The position numbers were made by a program, and so were the translations under genes. Positions 9,909 through 19,928 of a stretch of DNA of 64,000 nt are shown in pieces. This DNA is from Myxococcota bacterium (lineage in GTDB: Bacteria; Myxococcota_A; UBA9160; SZUA-336): NCBI GenBank assembly GCA_965247115.1, contig CBDFGR010000003.1, forward strand, positions 1,536,001 through 1,600,000, given 5' to 3'. The notes beneath the pieces were generated by a model, which saw only the letters and a list, made by a program, of their open reading frames with translations, did no database searches and was not told the origin of the DNA. How positions within the stretch are numbered: position 1 is the first letter of the stretch; every line of letters starts with the position of its first letter.

Positions 9909-10010
9909 ATAACTTGGGGACGGTCCTTAATTATAACTTTCGAGGCCAGAAGTTATGGATAAGGACCGTCCCCAAGTTATATCCCCCGAGCAAGTTATAA
10001 CCCCAAGTTG
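9909..10010. repeat. AT-rich palindromic element: perfect 21-bp inverted repeat plus tandem CAAGTT(AT) copies
   Basis: ATAACTTGGGGACGGTCCTTA (9909-9929) and TAAGGACCGTCCCCAAGTTAT (9960-9980), with an inner ATAACTT/AAGTTAT stem. It lies between convergent genes. Confidence 0.85.
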
Positions 10011-10018
10011 TAGAGGGG

Positions 10019-12025
10019 TTAGGGGAGGGATAGGTCGTCGGGGGTTTGGGCGGGGAGGGAGCAGACGGTGCCGCGGCAGAGGTAGGCGGTGGGGTGGCCG
10101 TCTTGCATGTCGCGGCCCTCTAGCCATTCGGGGGCGAGCCAGCTTGGGGTGTGGCCGGGGGGGAGAAGGACGACGGCGTCTTCCGGGCCGAGGAGGTCGC
10201 GGGCTCTGGCGGCGAGGGTGCGCGTGCGGGGGTCTTCCTGCTCGCCGAGGATGAGTCCCAGGCCCATGCCGAAGTCGATCAGCGCGGCGGCGCGGAGAAG
10301 AGTAGGGAGGTGAAGGGGATGGCTGGCGGCGAGCGCTGAGTGGGTTCTCAGGATCGCATCCACGACTTCGCGGAGGTCGGCTCGGCCCGTGATGCCAGCT
10401 AGCCTGGCCAGGGCGAGGGTGGAGAGGCCGAGCGCGCTCGGCGTGGCGCCGTCGGGGTCGCTCTTTGGGCGTGTCACGAGCGTGGTGTCATCTCCGGCGA
10501 CGAAGAAGAGATCGCCTTGTTCCGCAGCGTAGAAGCGATCGATCAGGTCCTGCGCCAAAGGGAGACACGCCTCGAGATAGCGGTTCGCGCCGCCCGCTCG
10601 GTGCAGGTCGAGCAAGCCGCAAATCAGGGCCGCGTGGTCGTCGAGAAAGGCCGGGACCGCAGCTCCCGACGACCGGTGAAGGCGCCGAAGCTCGTGCCCT
10701 CCATCGCTCAGCTCGCGGAGAGCGAAGTCGGCGGCGCGGGACGCGGCCCCTACCCAGTCCTCTCGCCCGTGAGCGGCGCCCGCAGACGCGAGACCACCGA
10801 TGGTGTAGCCAATCCAGGCGCAGATCTGCTTGCGATCGGTTTCCGGAGCGACACGTTTCTGGCGAGCGGCGAGCAGCTGCTGGCGCTGCGGCTGCATCCG
10901 GTCGCGCTCACCGGCGAGCACGTGGGAGAGCACGCTCTTGCCGCTGCTCTCGAAGTTCCCGGCGGTTGACACGTCGTAGGCTTGACAGAACTCCGCGCCG
11001 GCGTCTCCGAGGACGGCCTGGATCTCCTGCGGAGCCCACACGAAGAAACGTCCCTCCTCCCCCTCGCTGTCGGCGTCCTGACTGGCGAAGAACCCGCCCG
11101 CCGGGTCACGCATCTCGCGCTCCAGCCAGTCCACCGTCTCCTCCACGGGCCAGAGCAGCTCGGGGTCGCGAGTCTGCCTGTAGGCCTCCGCGTAGACTCG
11201 AAGAAGCTGCCCGTTGTCGTAGAGCATCTTCTCGAAGTGCGGCACCAGCCACCGGGCGTCGGTGCTGTAGCGGTGGAAGCCCCCGCCCAGCTGGTCGTAG
11301 ATGCCGCCGCGGGCCATCCGTTTGAGCGAGAGCAGCAGGTGCTCGAGCGCGCCCGCACGTGCTACGTGCAGGCTCGAGGCGGCGAGTATCGCCTCGAGGT
11401 TGGTCGGCGTGGGGAACTTGGGGGCGCCGCCGAAGCCGCCGTGCTGACGATCCGCGCGCTCCATCAGCTCGGAGCAGAGCTGCCCCAGCGTCGCCACGCC
11501 GATGGCAGCCTCTCCCTCGACGTCTGGCGTGGCCCCGAGCGCCTGCATCACTCGCTGCGCCTGCTCCTCCACCTGCTGGGGCTGCTCCGTCCAGACTCTG
11601 GAAATGGCCAGGACCACCTCGGACCAGCTCGGTCTCCCGTGCATGCTCGTTGGTGGGAAGTAGGTGCCACCGTGGAAGGGCTCGCCCTGGGGCGTGCAGA
11701 AGGCGTTGAGTGGCCAGCCGCCCTGCCCGGTCATTCTCACAACGGCGTCCATGTAGATCTGGTCGACGTCGGGCCGCTCCTCGCGATCCACCTTGATACA
11801 GATCAGGTGCTCGTTCATGAGGCGCGCCGTCTGCTCGTCCTCGAAGGACTCCCGCTCCATCACGTGGCACCAGTGACAGGACGAATAGCCGATCGACACC
11901 AGCACCGGGCGCTTCTCACGCAACGCGCGCTGCCAGGGCTCGTCGCCCCAGGCGTACCAGTCGACCGGATTGTCTTTGTGCTGGCGGAGATAGACGCTGG
12001 TCTCGGACCCCAGGCGATTGGCCAC
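10019..12025 (-). CDS. Thioredoxin domain-containing protein (YyaL/SPATA20/DUF255 family)
   Basis: [45 protein letters not shown] and [24 protein letters not shown]. Confidence 0.93.
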   Translation of the reverse strand: MANRLGSETSVYLRQHKDNPVDWYAWGDEPWQRALREKRPVLVSIGYSSCHWCHVMERESFEDEQTARLMNEHLICIKVDREERPDVDQIYMDAVVRMTGQGGWPLNAFCTPQGEPFHGGTYFPPTSMHGRPSWSEVVLAISRVWTEQPQQVEEQAQRVMQALGATPDVEGEAAIGVATLGQLCSELMERADRQHGGFGGAPKFPTPTNLEAILAASSLHVARAGALEHLLLSLKRMARGGIYDQLGGGFHRYSTDARWLVPHFEKMLYDNGQLLRVYAEAYRQTRDPELLWPVEETVDWLEREMRDPAGGFFASQDADSEGEEGRFFVWAPQEIQAVLGDAGAEFCQAYDVSTAGNFESSGKSVLSHVLAGERDRMQPQRQQLLAARQKRVAPETDRKQICAWIGYTIGGLASAGAAHGREDWVGAASRAADFALRELSDGGHELRRLHRSSGAAVPAFLDDHAALICGLLDLHRAGGANRYLEACLPLAQDLIDRFYAAEQGDLFFVAGDDTTLVTRPKSDPDGATPSALGLSTLALARLAGITGRADLREVVDAILRTHSALAASHPLHLPTLLRAAALIDFGMGLGLILGEQEDPRTRTLAARARDLLGPEDAVVLLPPGHTPSWLAPEWLEGRDMQDGHPTAYLCRGTVCSLPAQTPDDLSLP

Positions 12026-13299
12026 TACAGGAACTCGGGTGGTTTCGCTGACTCGATCCAGCTGTCGTAGTCGAGGTAATCGATCTCGCGCTTGCGAGCG
12101 GTCACCCGCTCGAGCAGCGCCTCGCGCGCCTGCGCGCTGAGCGGATTCAGCTTCTTGACGTCTTCCGCAATCTGGAAGTACTCGTCGGAGACGTGGGCCG
12201 CGACCTTCTTCGCATGGCGGCGCGAGTCTACGATGTTCCCCTTGCCCGTTACGACGTTGCCCGCGCTGAAGAGCGTCGGGAACGGCTCGAGCCGACCGAC
12301 GTCCCAGTCCTGGTAGTCGTAAAGCTCGCCGTTCATCGGGATATCGTCGATCGGCGCTGGAGTGCTCCCGATGGAGCTGATGAACTGCGGGGCCCTGACC
12401 TCCACGAGGGGCCCGTCCGTCACCTTCACGCGACCACCCTCGACACGGGTCGGCGCAAAGCGCAGTCCGACCAGCCTGTCGTTCTCCACGACGAGCTCTG
12501 CGGGCGACAGTAGCGTCTCGATCTTGAACAGGTACTTCTCCATGGCCTTTCCGAGCACGCGTGCGCGACTCTTCTCGATCTTCTCACGCATCTTGTCCGG
12601 GGCCTTGTCCGGCATGGTGACCAACGGCATGTCCTCGGGCCGTCGACGGTAGTAGAGCGTGCAGCCGTCTACGCCGAGGTCGTCCCAGGTAAGCCCGTGG
12701 CCGGCCAACGTCTTGGGAATTCCCTTGACCTCGAGCTCGACCAGGTTCGTCTCGATGCTCCGCTCCGCCAGCGCGGCGATCGTGAGCTCGAGGTTGATCA
12801 CTTTGACCACATCGATCGAGGCGAGCCCGCCGCCGACCACCGCCGCGCCATCGACCACTTCGAAGACCTCTCCGTCGTACGCGGCCTCGTGTCTGTGGTT
12901 GAACCACATGATGAAGGGGTTCTGGTACACGAGACCCCGCCCGACGTACTCATCGGCACCCTCGACCGGTAGCGGCCGGTCGCGCCACGCCCCGTTGGCG
13001 AGCACGACCGAGTGGAAGCCCCACGTATCCGTCAGGTCCCGAAGCGAGACGTCACGTCCGAGCTCCGTGCACGGAACGAAGTGGACGTGCTCCTGCGAGA
13101 GCTTCGTATCGATCGTCCTGTACTCCTTCTGACGCAGCGCCACGTGCCACTTCGGCAGTCCATCTTCGACCTTCCCGTAGGGTCGGGCATTCTGCTCGAA
13201 CACCACGGTGAGGATGCCGTGCTTTGCAAAGATATCTGCCGCCTCTGCTCCAGCGGTTGCCCCACCGACGATCGCGATCGCGTACTCTTCATCACTCAT
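12025..13299 (-). CDS. FAD/NAD(P)-dependent oxidoreductase (ferredoxin-NADP reductase/GltD-like fold)
   Basis: Two dinucleotide-binding motifs ([19 protein letters not shown]), plus LYYRR and GNVVTGKG. Start at ATG 13299; the upstream extension is repeat DNA. Confidence 0.75.
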   Translation of the reverse strand: MSDEEYAIAIVGGATAGAEAADIFAKHGILTVVFEQNARPYGKVEDGLPKWHVALRQKEYRTIDTKLSQEHVHFVPCTELGRDVSLRDLTDTWGFHSVVLANGAWRDRPLPVEGADEYVGRGLVYQNPFIMWFNHRHEAAYDGEVFEVVDGAAVVGGGLASIDVVKVINLELTIAALAERSIETNLVELEVKGIPKTLAGHGLTWDDLGVDGCTLYYRRRPEDMPLVTMPDKAPDKMREKIEKSRARVLGKAMEKYLFKIETLLSPAELVVENDRLVGLRFAPTRVEGGRVKVTDGPLVEVRAPQFISSIGSTPAPIDDIPMNGELYDYQDWDVGRLEPFPTLFSAGNVVTGKGNIVDSRRHAKKVAAHVSDEYFQIAEDVKKLNPLSAQAREALLERVTARKREIDYLDYDSWIESAKPPEFL

Positions 13300-13319
13300 G
13301 CGACCGGATTCTACCAAGT

Positions 13320-13436
13320 CTTGTGGGACCCGGTCGCCTGTCTTGCGGGACCCGGCGCGCGAGCGGTCGCGCGCCACCCGCCTCCGCTCAGGCCTACGGC
13401 CTTCGCTGCGCGCGGCCGCTTCGCGGCGCTTGCAGG
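13320..13436 (+). repeat. REP-like repeat, copy C, with two tandem CTTGYGGGACCCGG starts
   Basis: Matches copy A over about 95 nt, with loop changes and compensatory stem changes. Confidence 0.85.
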
Positions 13437-13489
13437 GAGGTTCTGCGGGAGGCTTTGACGGTGCGTTCTGGGGTGAATAGGTTGGGGGT

Positions 13490-13867
13490 GTGGCGACGGC
13501 CGTTCAGCGGGTACTGCGGGCGACGACGTACGAGAGGCCGGCCACCTCCCTCACTGCAGACCTGACTGAGTACGAGCGGCCGGAACGGTTGCGCCGCGCT
13601 GGGGGAGTTTTTTTGCCCCTGGCTGGGGCGGCGCTGCTGAGCGTGGTCGTTCCTGGCTGGCACTTTATCGGGGTGCCGGGGTTTCTGATCCTGGCGGTTG
13701 TTCTGGGGCGTCGACGGCTGGCAGAGGTCACCGCGTTGGGGTCCCTCCAGGGGACGTGTCCGGCTTGTGCCGAGCCTCAGCACTTCGCAGCCCCCTCGAG
13801 ATTCGATTTGCCCGTCACCTTGCGCTGTCCAGGCTGCTCGGCATTCGTAAAACTGGAGGCCCCATAG
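13490..13867 (+). CDS. Hypothetical membrane protein with C-terminal zinc ribbon
   Basis: Two hydrophobic segments followed by CPAC...CPGC; directly upstream of speA. Confidence 0.6.
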   Translation: MATAVQRVLRATTYERPATSLTADLTEYERPERLRRAGGVFLPLAGAALLSVVVPGWHFIGVPGFLILAVVLGRRRLAEVTALGSLQGTCPACAEPQHFAAPSRFDLPVTLRCPGCSAFVKLEAP

Positions 13868-13893
13868 CATCCGGGCCAGAAGGAGCGGGCGAG

Positions 13894-15786
13894 GTGGTGA
13901 GCTGGAGCAGTGCAAAGAGCGCCGAGCTGTACGGAATCGAGCGCTGGGGTGGGGGCTACTTCTCGGTTCAGGCGGGCGGCGACGTGGCCGTGCACCCGGA
14001 CTGCGAGACCAGGACCTCTGTCAACCTGAGGGAGCTCGTCGAAGAGATCCGGAGACGAGGGCTGCATACGCCCTTGCTGATTCGCTTCTCCGACATCCTG
14101 GCGAGTCGCATCCAGGAGCTCGTGCGCTGCTTCGCAGCCGCGAACCGGGAGTACTCCTACTCTGGAAGCTATCGCCCCGTTTATCCCATCAAGACGAACC
14201 AGCAGCGGCAGGTGGTGGAGGAGCTGATACGGGCGGGGCGTCGCTACAACCTGGGTCTCGAGGTCGGAAGCAAGCCGGAGCTGCTGATCGCTCTGGCCCT
14301 GCTCGACACCCCGGACGCGCTGATCGTCTGCAACGGATACAAGGACCGCGCGTACATGGAGACCGCGCTGCTGGCGCAGCGCCTCGGTCGCCTGCCCGTC
14401 ATCGTGCTGGACCGGCCCGACGAGCTGCCCGTGTTGCTCAAGATCTCGCGCGAGCTCGGGATCAAGCCGCACATTGGCGTGCGCTGTCGCCTGGCCACGC
14501 GGGGCGCCGGAAAGTGGGCGGACTCGACCGGGGATCGCTCGAAGTTCGGGCTCTCCGTAGCGGAGATCGTCGACGTCGTGAACCTGCTCCGCTCGGAGAG
14601 CATGCTGGACTGTCTCGAGATGCTGCACTTCCACATCGGCTCGCAGATCACCGAGATCGGAGCTCACAAGGACGCCCTGCGCGAAGCGAGTCGCATCTTC
14701 GTGGGACTGTACGAGCTGGGTTGCGCGCTGCGCTTCGTCGACATCGGGGGCGGGCTCGGGGTCGACTACGTGGGCTCGAAGACCAGCACGCAGTCGTCGA
14801 TGAACTACACCATGCAGGAGTATGCGTACGATGTCGTGGCCGCTCTCCAGGAAGTCTGCGACGAACGTGGCTTGCCTCACCCGGAGCTCGTCTCGGAGTC
14901 CGGCCGGGCGCTGGTCTCGCACGCTTCCGTGCTGATCTTTGACGTGCTCGGCATCGACGGGGCGGTTCCGCGCAACGCTCCTGTTCCTCCTACCGAGTCG
15001 GAGCACAAGGTGATCCACGACTTGTGGGAGGTCTGCTCTTCGATCGAGCCCGAGAACGTGCAGGAGTCGTTTCACGACGCGCTCGAGCTAAAGGAAGAGG
15101 CGACCAGCGCCTTCGGCCTCGGCTACCTGGACCTGGCTGCGCGAGCGCGCGCCGAGGAGCTCTTCTGGAGCTGCTGTGAGCGGATCCTAAAGCGGCTCTC
15201 CAGTCTCGAGCACGTGCCCGAAGAGCTCGCTGGGCTCGAGCGCGAGATGTCCGACACCTACTACGGGAACTTCTCCGTCTTCCAGTCGCTGCCCGACTCC
15301 TGGGCACTCGAGCAGCTCTTTCCGATCATGCCCATCCACAGGTTGCGGGAGGAGCCCACTCGGAAGGCGACGCTGGCAGATCTCACGTGCGATTGCGACG
15401 GGAAGGTCGACCGCTTCCTCGACCTGCGCGGGGAGCTCAGCGTGCTCGAGCTGCACGAGCCAAACGATCGGCCGTACTATCTCGGCGCGTTTCTGGTGGG
15501 CGCTTACCAGGAGACCCTGGGCGAGCTTCATAATCTGTTTGGCGACACGGATGCGGTCCACGTGCGGATCGACGCGAGCGGTCGCTACGCGATCGAACAG
15601 GTCGTGGAAGGAGACTCCATCGAGGAGGTCCTTTCCTACGTACAGTACGATCGGCGAGATCTCTCGGAACGCGTCCGTCGAGCGATCGAGGCTGCTCTCC
15701 AAAAGGGAGACATCACCCTCGAGGAGTCCGCGCTCCTGCGGCGTCGCTACGAGCAGGGCCTGTCGGGCTACACTTACCTGGACTAG
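13894..15786 (+). CDS. speA: Biosynthetic arginine decarboxylase
   Basis: [20 protein letters not shown] (PLP lysine), [41 protein letters not shown] and GAYQETLG. Confidence 0.95.
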   Translation: MVSWSSAKSAELYGIERWGGGYFSVQAGGDVAVHPDCETRTSVNLRELVEEIRRRGLHTPLLIRFSDILASRIQELVRCFAAANREYSYSGSYRPVYPIKTNQQRQVVEELIRAGRRYNLGLEVGSKPELLIALALLDTPDALIVCNGYKDRAYMETALLAQRLGRLPVIVLDRPDELPVLLKISRELGIKPHIGVRCRLATRGAGKWADSTGDRSKFGLSVAEIVDVVNLLRSESMLDCLEMLHFHIGSQITEIGAHKDALREASRIFVGLYELGCALRFVDIGGGLGVDYVGSKTSTQSSMNYTMQEYAYDVVAALQEVCDERGLPHPELVSESGRALVSHASVLIFDVLGIDGAVPRNAPVPPTESEHKVIHDLWEVCSSIEPENVQESFHDALELKEEATSAFGLGYLDLAARARAEELFWSCCERILKRLSSLEHVPEELAGLEREMSDTYYGNFSVFQSLPDSWALEQLFPIMPIHRLREEPTRKATLADLTCDCDGKVDRFLDLRGELSVLELHEPNDRPYYLGAFLVGAYQETLGELHNLFGDTDAVHVRIDASGRYAIEQVVEGDSIEEVLSYVQYDRRDLSERVRRAIEAALQKGDITLEESALLRRRYEQGLSGYTYLD

Positions 15787-15800
15787 GAGGGCGATGGCAG

Positions 15801-16571
15801 ATGGAGATTCGCGGAGCCGGGGCGGTGGTGACCGGAGGAGCGTCGGGCCTCGGTGCGGCGACGGCGCGAGAGATCGTGGCCGCGGGCGGTAGGGTGGCCC
15901 TGCTCGACTTGCCCCGCTCGCCGGGCAAGGAGGTCGCCGAGGAGCTCGGCGAGTCCGCGATCTTCTGCCCCTGCGACGTTACCAGCGCGGATCAGGTCGA
16001 GGAGGCCGTGGCACGGGCGGTCGAGAGCGTTGGCGAGCTGCGCATCGACGTGAACTGCGCCGGCATTGGCTGGGCGCAGCGAACCGTCACGCGGGAAGGT
16101 CCGGCAGCCATGGATGCTTTCGAGCGGGTCGTGCGCGTCAACCTGATGGGCACGTTCAACGCGATCCGGCTCTCGGCCGACCGGATGGCGAAGAACGAGC
16201 CCAACGCGGGTGGCGAGCGCGGCGTGATCATCAACACGGCCTCGGTGGCAGCGTACGAGGGACAGATCGGCCAGGCCGCCTACTCCGCCTCGAAGGGCGG
16301 CATCGTCGGCATGACACTTCCGATCGCTCGTGACCTCTCGAGCCTGGGGATTCGCGTCGTTACGATCGCGCCGGGCCTGTTCGACACGCCGCTCCTGGCA
16401 GGTCTGCCAGAGCCGGCCCGCCAGGCGCTAGCTGCGAACATTCCTTTTCCCAAGCGCCTCGGGCAGCCTGCGGAATACGCACACCTGGCTCGCAGCGTCA
16501 TCGAGAACCCGATGCTGAACGGGCTGACGATCCGGCTCGACGGCGCGATCCGCATGCCACCAAGGGGATAG
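15801..16571 (+). CDS. 3-hydroxyacyl-CoA dehydrogenase type II (HSD17B10-like SDR)
   Basis: [44 protein letters not shown] and IRLDGAIRM. Confidence 0.92.
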   Translation: MEIRGAGAVVTGGASGLGAATAREIVAAGGRVALLDLPRSPGKEVAEELGESAIFCPCDVTSADQVEEAVARAVESVGELRIDVNCAGIGWAQRTVTREGPAAMDAFERVVRVNLMGTFNAIRLSADRMAKNEPNAGGERGVIINTASVAAYEGQIGQAAYSASKGGIVGMTLPIARDLSSLGIRVVTIAPGLFDTPLLAGLPEPARQALAANIPFPKRLGQPAEYAHLARSVIENPMLNGLTIRLDGAIRMPPRG

Positions 16572-16576
16572 GAACC

Positions 16577-16846
16577 GTGCCCAGCGTCATCATCCCACCC
16601 CCCTACCGGGGTCCGACCCTTGGTGAGGGCGAGATCCCTGTCAGTGCCAGCACGGTGCGTGAGTGTCTTCAGGCGGTGGAGAGTCGCTACCCCGGCTTCG
16701 GGGAGCTCGTCTTCGCGGCGGACGGCGGCCTGCCCCGCTACGTGAAGCTCTTTCTGAATGGTGAGGTCCTGGATCCGGGCGACCTCGATCACGGCGTCTC
16801 GGAGGGCGATGCCGTGGAGGTGTTGGCGGCAATCGCGGGGGGTTAG
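16577..16846 (+). CDS. moaD: MoaD/ThiS-family sulfur carrier
   Basis: 89 aa ubiquitin-like protein ending AIAGG; next to aor and moeA. Confidence 0.85.
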   Translation: MPSVIIPPPYRGPTLGEGEIPVSASTVRECLQAVESRYPGFGELVFAADGGLPRYVKLFLNGEVLDPGDLDHGVSEGDAVEVLAAIAGG

Positions 16847-16915
16847 GCTCGCGAGCTGCCCATGAACCGCGGGTCCGGTGTGATAGGCTGGCGCCCTAGC
16901 GACAGGAGAATCTCG

Positions 16916-18646
16916 ATGGCTGGACCGACGGACGACAAGATCATCCGCATCGACATGACGGATCAGAGCGTGACGATCGCTGACTTCCCGGAAGAGTGGA
17001 AGCTCCTGGGAGGCCGCGCGCTCTCGGCGAAGATCTTGCTCAACGAGTGCGACCCGAGCTGCGATCCACTGGGATCGGAGAACGTCCTGGTCTTCGCGCC
17101 GGGAGTCCTGTCGGGGACCGCTGCGCCAACGTCGGGACGCCTCTCGGTAGGTGCGAAGAGCCCGCTCACGGATGCGATCAAGGAGGCGAACGCGGGTGGC
17201 AATCCGGCCCAGCACCTGAACAAGCTCGGCTACCGCGCGATCATCGTGAAGGGCCAGCCGGCCGATCGCGAGCGACGCTACGGCGTCGAGGTGGACGGCG
17301 AGGGAGTGCGGTTCGTCCCGGCCGACGACCTCAAGGGCGTGTGGAACTACGCGGCGTGCGAGGACGTGCTGCATCCGCGCTACCCCAAGACGGCCTCCTT
17401 CATCACCTGTGGACCAGCCGGAGAGCGCATGCTCAAGGGCTCGTCCGTTGCCTGCACCGATCAGGACAACCGCTATCCGGCACGTCACGCGGCAAGAGGC
17501 GGGCTGGGCGCGGTGATGGGCAGCAAGTGCCTCAAGTTCATCGCGGTGGATCCGGGCCGGGCCAGGGTCCGCGCACCCGCCAACCGCAAGGAGTTCGGCG
17601 GGCTGGTGCGGGACTACACCAAGGCGTATCTGGGCGGCCCACTGATGTTCGCGGCGGGGACGGCATCTGTGGTTCCCGTTGCAAACACTCTCCACACCTT
17701 CCCGTACAAGAACCGCGTCGAGGGTCAGTCGCCCGATGTGCAGACGCTCGACGGTGCGCGGATCAACGAGAGCTTCGAGGAGCGCGGCGGCGCGATGCAC
17801 AACTGCTTGACAGGCTGCATCGTGCAGTGCTCGAACGTGGTGCACGACGCCGAGGGCAACTACAGGACCTCTGCACTCGAGTTCGAGACCCTGACCATGC
17901 TGGGCGCGAACTGTGCCGTGGCCAGCTGGGAGGATGTCGCCGCGCTCGACCGCCTGTGCGACGACGTTGGCCTCGACACGATCGAGACCGGTGCGGCCAT
18001 CGCGGTACTGATGGACGCCGGCGGCATGGAGTGGGGCGACGCCGAGGGGATGAAGAAGCTGATCGCGGACATCGCGGAGGCGAAGGAGATGGGCGCGATC
18101 GTCGGGAACGCCGCGGCTGCTGTTGGAGCGCACACGGGGCACCACCGCGTACCCGTGGTCCGCGGTCAGGCGATTCCCGCCTGGGATCCGCGTCCGATCA
18201 AGGCGACTGGCGTGACGTACGCATCGAGTCCGATGGGCGCCGACCACACGGCTGGCTTGATCGTGAATCCCGGCATGAAGCCGGAGGAGTTCGCGATCGC
18301 CTCGCAGGAGACCCAGATCGTGAACGCGGTCTGCGATTCCTCTGGCTTCTGCCAGTTCCTGCAGCCCACGCTCGACAACATCCGCGAGTTCTACACGCAC
18401 CTATACGGCGACGAGGTCACGCGTGAGCAGATCGCGGATCTGGGCTGGGAGACGCTCGCCGACGAGTGGGAGTTCAACAAGCGCGCGGGCTTCACCGCAG
18501 CAGACGACGTACTGCCCGCTTGCATGGCGGAGGACAAGATCGGCCCCGCCGGCGTCGTCTTCGATGTTCCCGCGGAGATCATCGCCGATGCGAAGATTCG
18601 CAAGGAGCCGCGCGAGAAACTCTTTACGGCCAGGGCGTCTGGCTGA
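16916..18646 (+). CDS. aor: Aldehyde:ferredoxin oxidoreductase (tungstopterin AOR family)
   Basis: AKSPLT, GPAGE, ARGGLGAVMGSK, [4Fe-4S] ligands CLTGCIVQC and DSSGFC, CDDVGLDTIE and SPMGADHT. AGGAG RBS before ATG 16916. Confidence 0.92.
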   Translation: MAGPTDDKIIRIDMTDQSVTIADFPEEWKLLGGRALSAKILLNECDPSCDPLGSENVLVFAPGVLSGTAAPTSGRLSVGAKSPLTDAIKEANAGGNPAQHLNKLGYRAIIVKGQPADRERRYGVEVDGEGVRFVPADDLKGVWNYAACEDVLHPRYPKTASFITCGPAGERMLKGSSVACTDQDNRYPARHAARGGLGAVMGSKCLKFIAVDPGRARVRAPANRKEFGGLVRDYTKAYLGGPLMFAAGTASVVPVANTLHTFPYKNRVEGQSPDVQTLDGARINESFEERGGAMHNCLTGCIVQCSNVVHDAEGNYRTSALEFETLTMLGANCAVASWEDVAALDRLCDDVGLDTIETGAAIAVLMDAGGMEWGDAEGMKKLIADIAEAKEMGAIVGNAAAAVGAHTGHHRVPVVRGQAIPAWDPRPIKATGVTYASSPMGADHTAGLIVNPGMKPEEFAIASQETQIVNAVCDSSGFCQFLQPTLDNIREFYTHLYGDEVTREQIADLGWETLADEWEFNKRAGFTAADDVLPACMAEDKIGPAGVVFDVPAEIIADAKIRKEPREKLFTARASG

Positions 18647-18689
18647 GGGGTAGCCCGACGACGGCTGCTTGTCTCCGCAAGGAGTGCGG

Positions 18690-19928
18690 ATGCGCGACGT
18701 CCGGATGCGAGGGTTCGCCGAGCGCGCGGACGTCGAGGACGTGGACCGCCTTCTGCGCGAGCTGACCAGCGTCCTTCCCGCAGAGACCGTCCCCTTACTC
18801 GAGTGCGCGGGCCGCGTGCTGGCGGAGGACGTAGCCGCCGGCGTGAGCGTCCCCGGCTTCCGGCGCTCGGCCATGGACGGCTACGCGGTACAGGGCGAGA
18901 GCACCTTCGGGGCGTCCGACTACAACCCGCTCCGCCTAGAGGTTGTCGGCGAGGCCTATCCCGGACGTCCCTACGGGAAGCCGCTCGGCAAAGGGCGGGC
19001 CGTCCGTATCATGACCGGCTCGCGCCTCCCCGAAGGCGCAGATGCCGTGGTCATGGCCGAGGTATGTGAAGAGCGCGATGGGGCGGTCCATATCCGCGAA
19101 GCGGTCGCTCCAAAGAAGAACGTGGGGGCGATCGGCGAGGACATCCGTTCCGGCGATGTCGTGCTCCAGCGCGGTCGCCGTCTGCGTCCCCAGGACGCTG
19201 GCGTGCTCGCGTCGATCGGGTGCTCCGAGCTGCGCTGCATCAGGCGGCCGCAGATCCAGCTCGTGATCACGGGCGACGAGCTGCTGCCTGCGGGCAACAC
19301 CCCCGACGACTGCCGGATCGTGGACACGAACTCCGTCGTGCTCGGGGCCCTCGTCGCTCGCGACGGTGGCGTACTCCTGCCGTTTGAGCTCCTGCCGGAC
19401 CGACCGGAGGTCATCCGCGCCGCGCTCGAGAGTGAGGCGCCCGACGTGTTTCTCGTCTCGGGTGGGAGCTCGGTCGGTCAGGAAGATCACGCGCCCCGCC
19501 TGCTCGATGAGCTCGGCAGCCTCGACTTTCACGGCGTGACCATGCGCCCCTCGAGTCCTGCGGGCGGCGGTCGCATCGGCGACCGACTCGTCTTTCTCTT
19601 GCCCGGCAATCCGGTGAGCTGCCTTTGTGCCTACGAGTTTTTCGCAGGACCTTCGATTCGCGACCTCGGTGGGCGCTCGCGCGAGTGGCCACACCGCCGA
19701 GTCAGGCTCCCACTGGCTCGCAAGATCAGCTCGCAGGTCGGGCGCACCGATTACGTGCGCGTTGCGATTGATGACGGACGGGTCGTTCCGATTGCGACCG
19801 CGGGGGCCTCCATACTCTCCTCGACGGTGCGTGCTGCCGGCGCGGTGGTCGTTCCCCGCGCACTCGAAGGGATGCCCGAGGGTGCGGAGGTCGAGGTACT
19901 CCTGTACGACGAGGAGCCAGGTCCGTGA
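18690..19928 (+). CDS. moeA: Molybdopterin molybdenum/tungsten transferase MoeA
   Basis: RSAMDGYAV, IMTG, TGDEL, SGGSSVG and LPGNPVS. Confidence 0.93.
   Translation: MRDVRMRGFAERADVEDVDRLLRELTSVLPAETVPLLECAGRVLAEDVAAGVSVPGFRRSAMDGYAVQGESTFGASDYNPLRLEVVGEAYPGRPYGKPLGKGRAVRIMTGSRLPEGADAVVMAEVCEERDGAVHIREAVAPKKNVGAIGEDIRSGDVVLQRGRRLRPQDAGVLASIGCSELRCIRRPQIQLVITGDELLPAGNTPDDCRIVDTNSVVLGALVARDGGVLLPFELLPDRPEVIRAALESEAPDVFLVSGGSSVGQEDHAPRLLDELGSLDFHGVTMRPSSPAGGGRIGDRLVFLLPGNPVSCLCAYEFFAGPSIRDLGGRSREWPHRRVRLPLARKISSQVGRTDYVRVAIDDGRVVPIATAGASILSSTVRAAGAVVVPRALEGMPEGAEVEVLLYDEEPGP

Noticed and set aside
15385..15405. SpeA motif TCDCDG instead of TCDSDG
   Set aside because: The change is conservative and the catalytic Cys-Asp and PLP lysine are intact.
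16280..18400. 706-aa minus-strand ORF, and similar long antisense ORFs (13777-15075, 26178-27428, 28650-30068, 31998-33935, 43298-45088)
   Set aside because: These are shadow frames of well-supported genes in high-GC DNA and contain no recognisable motifs.
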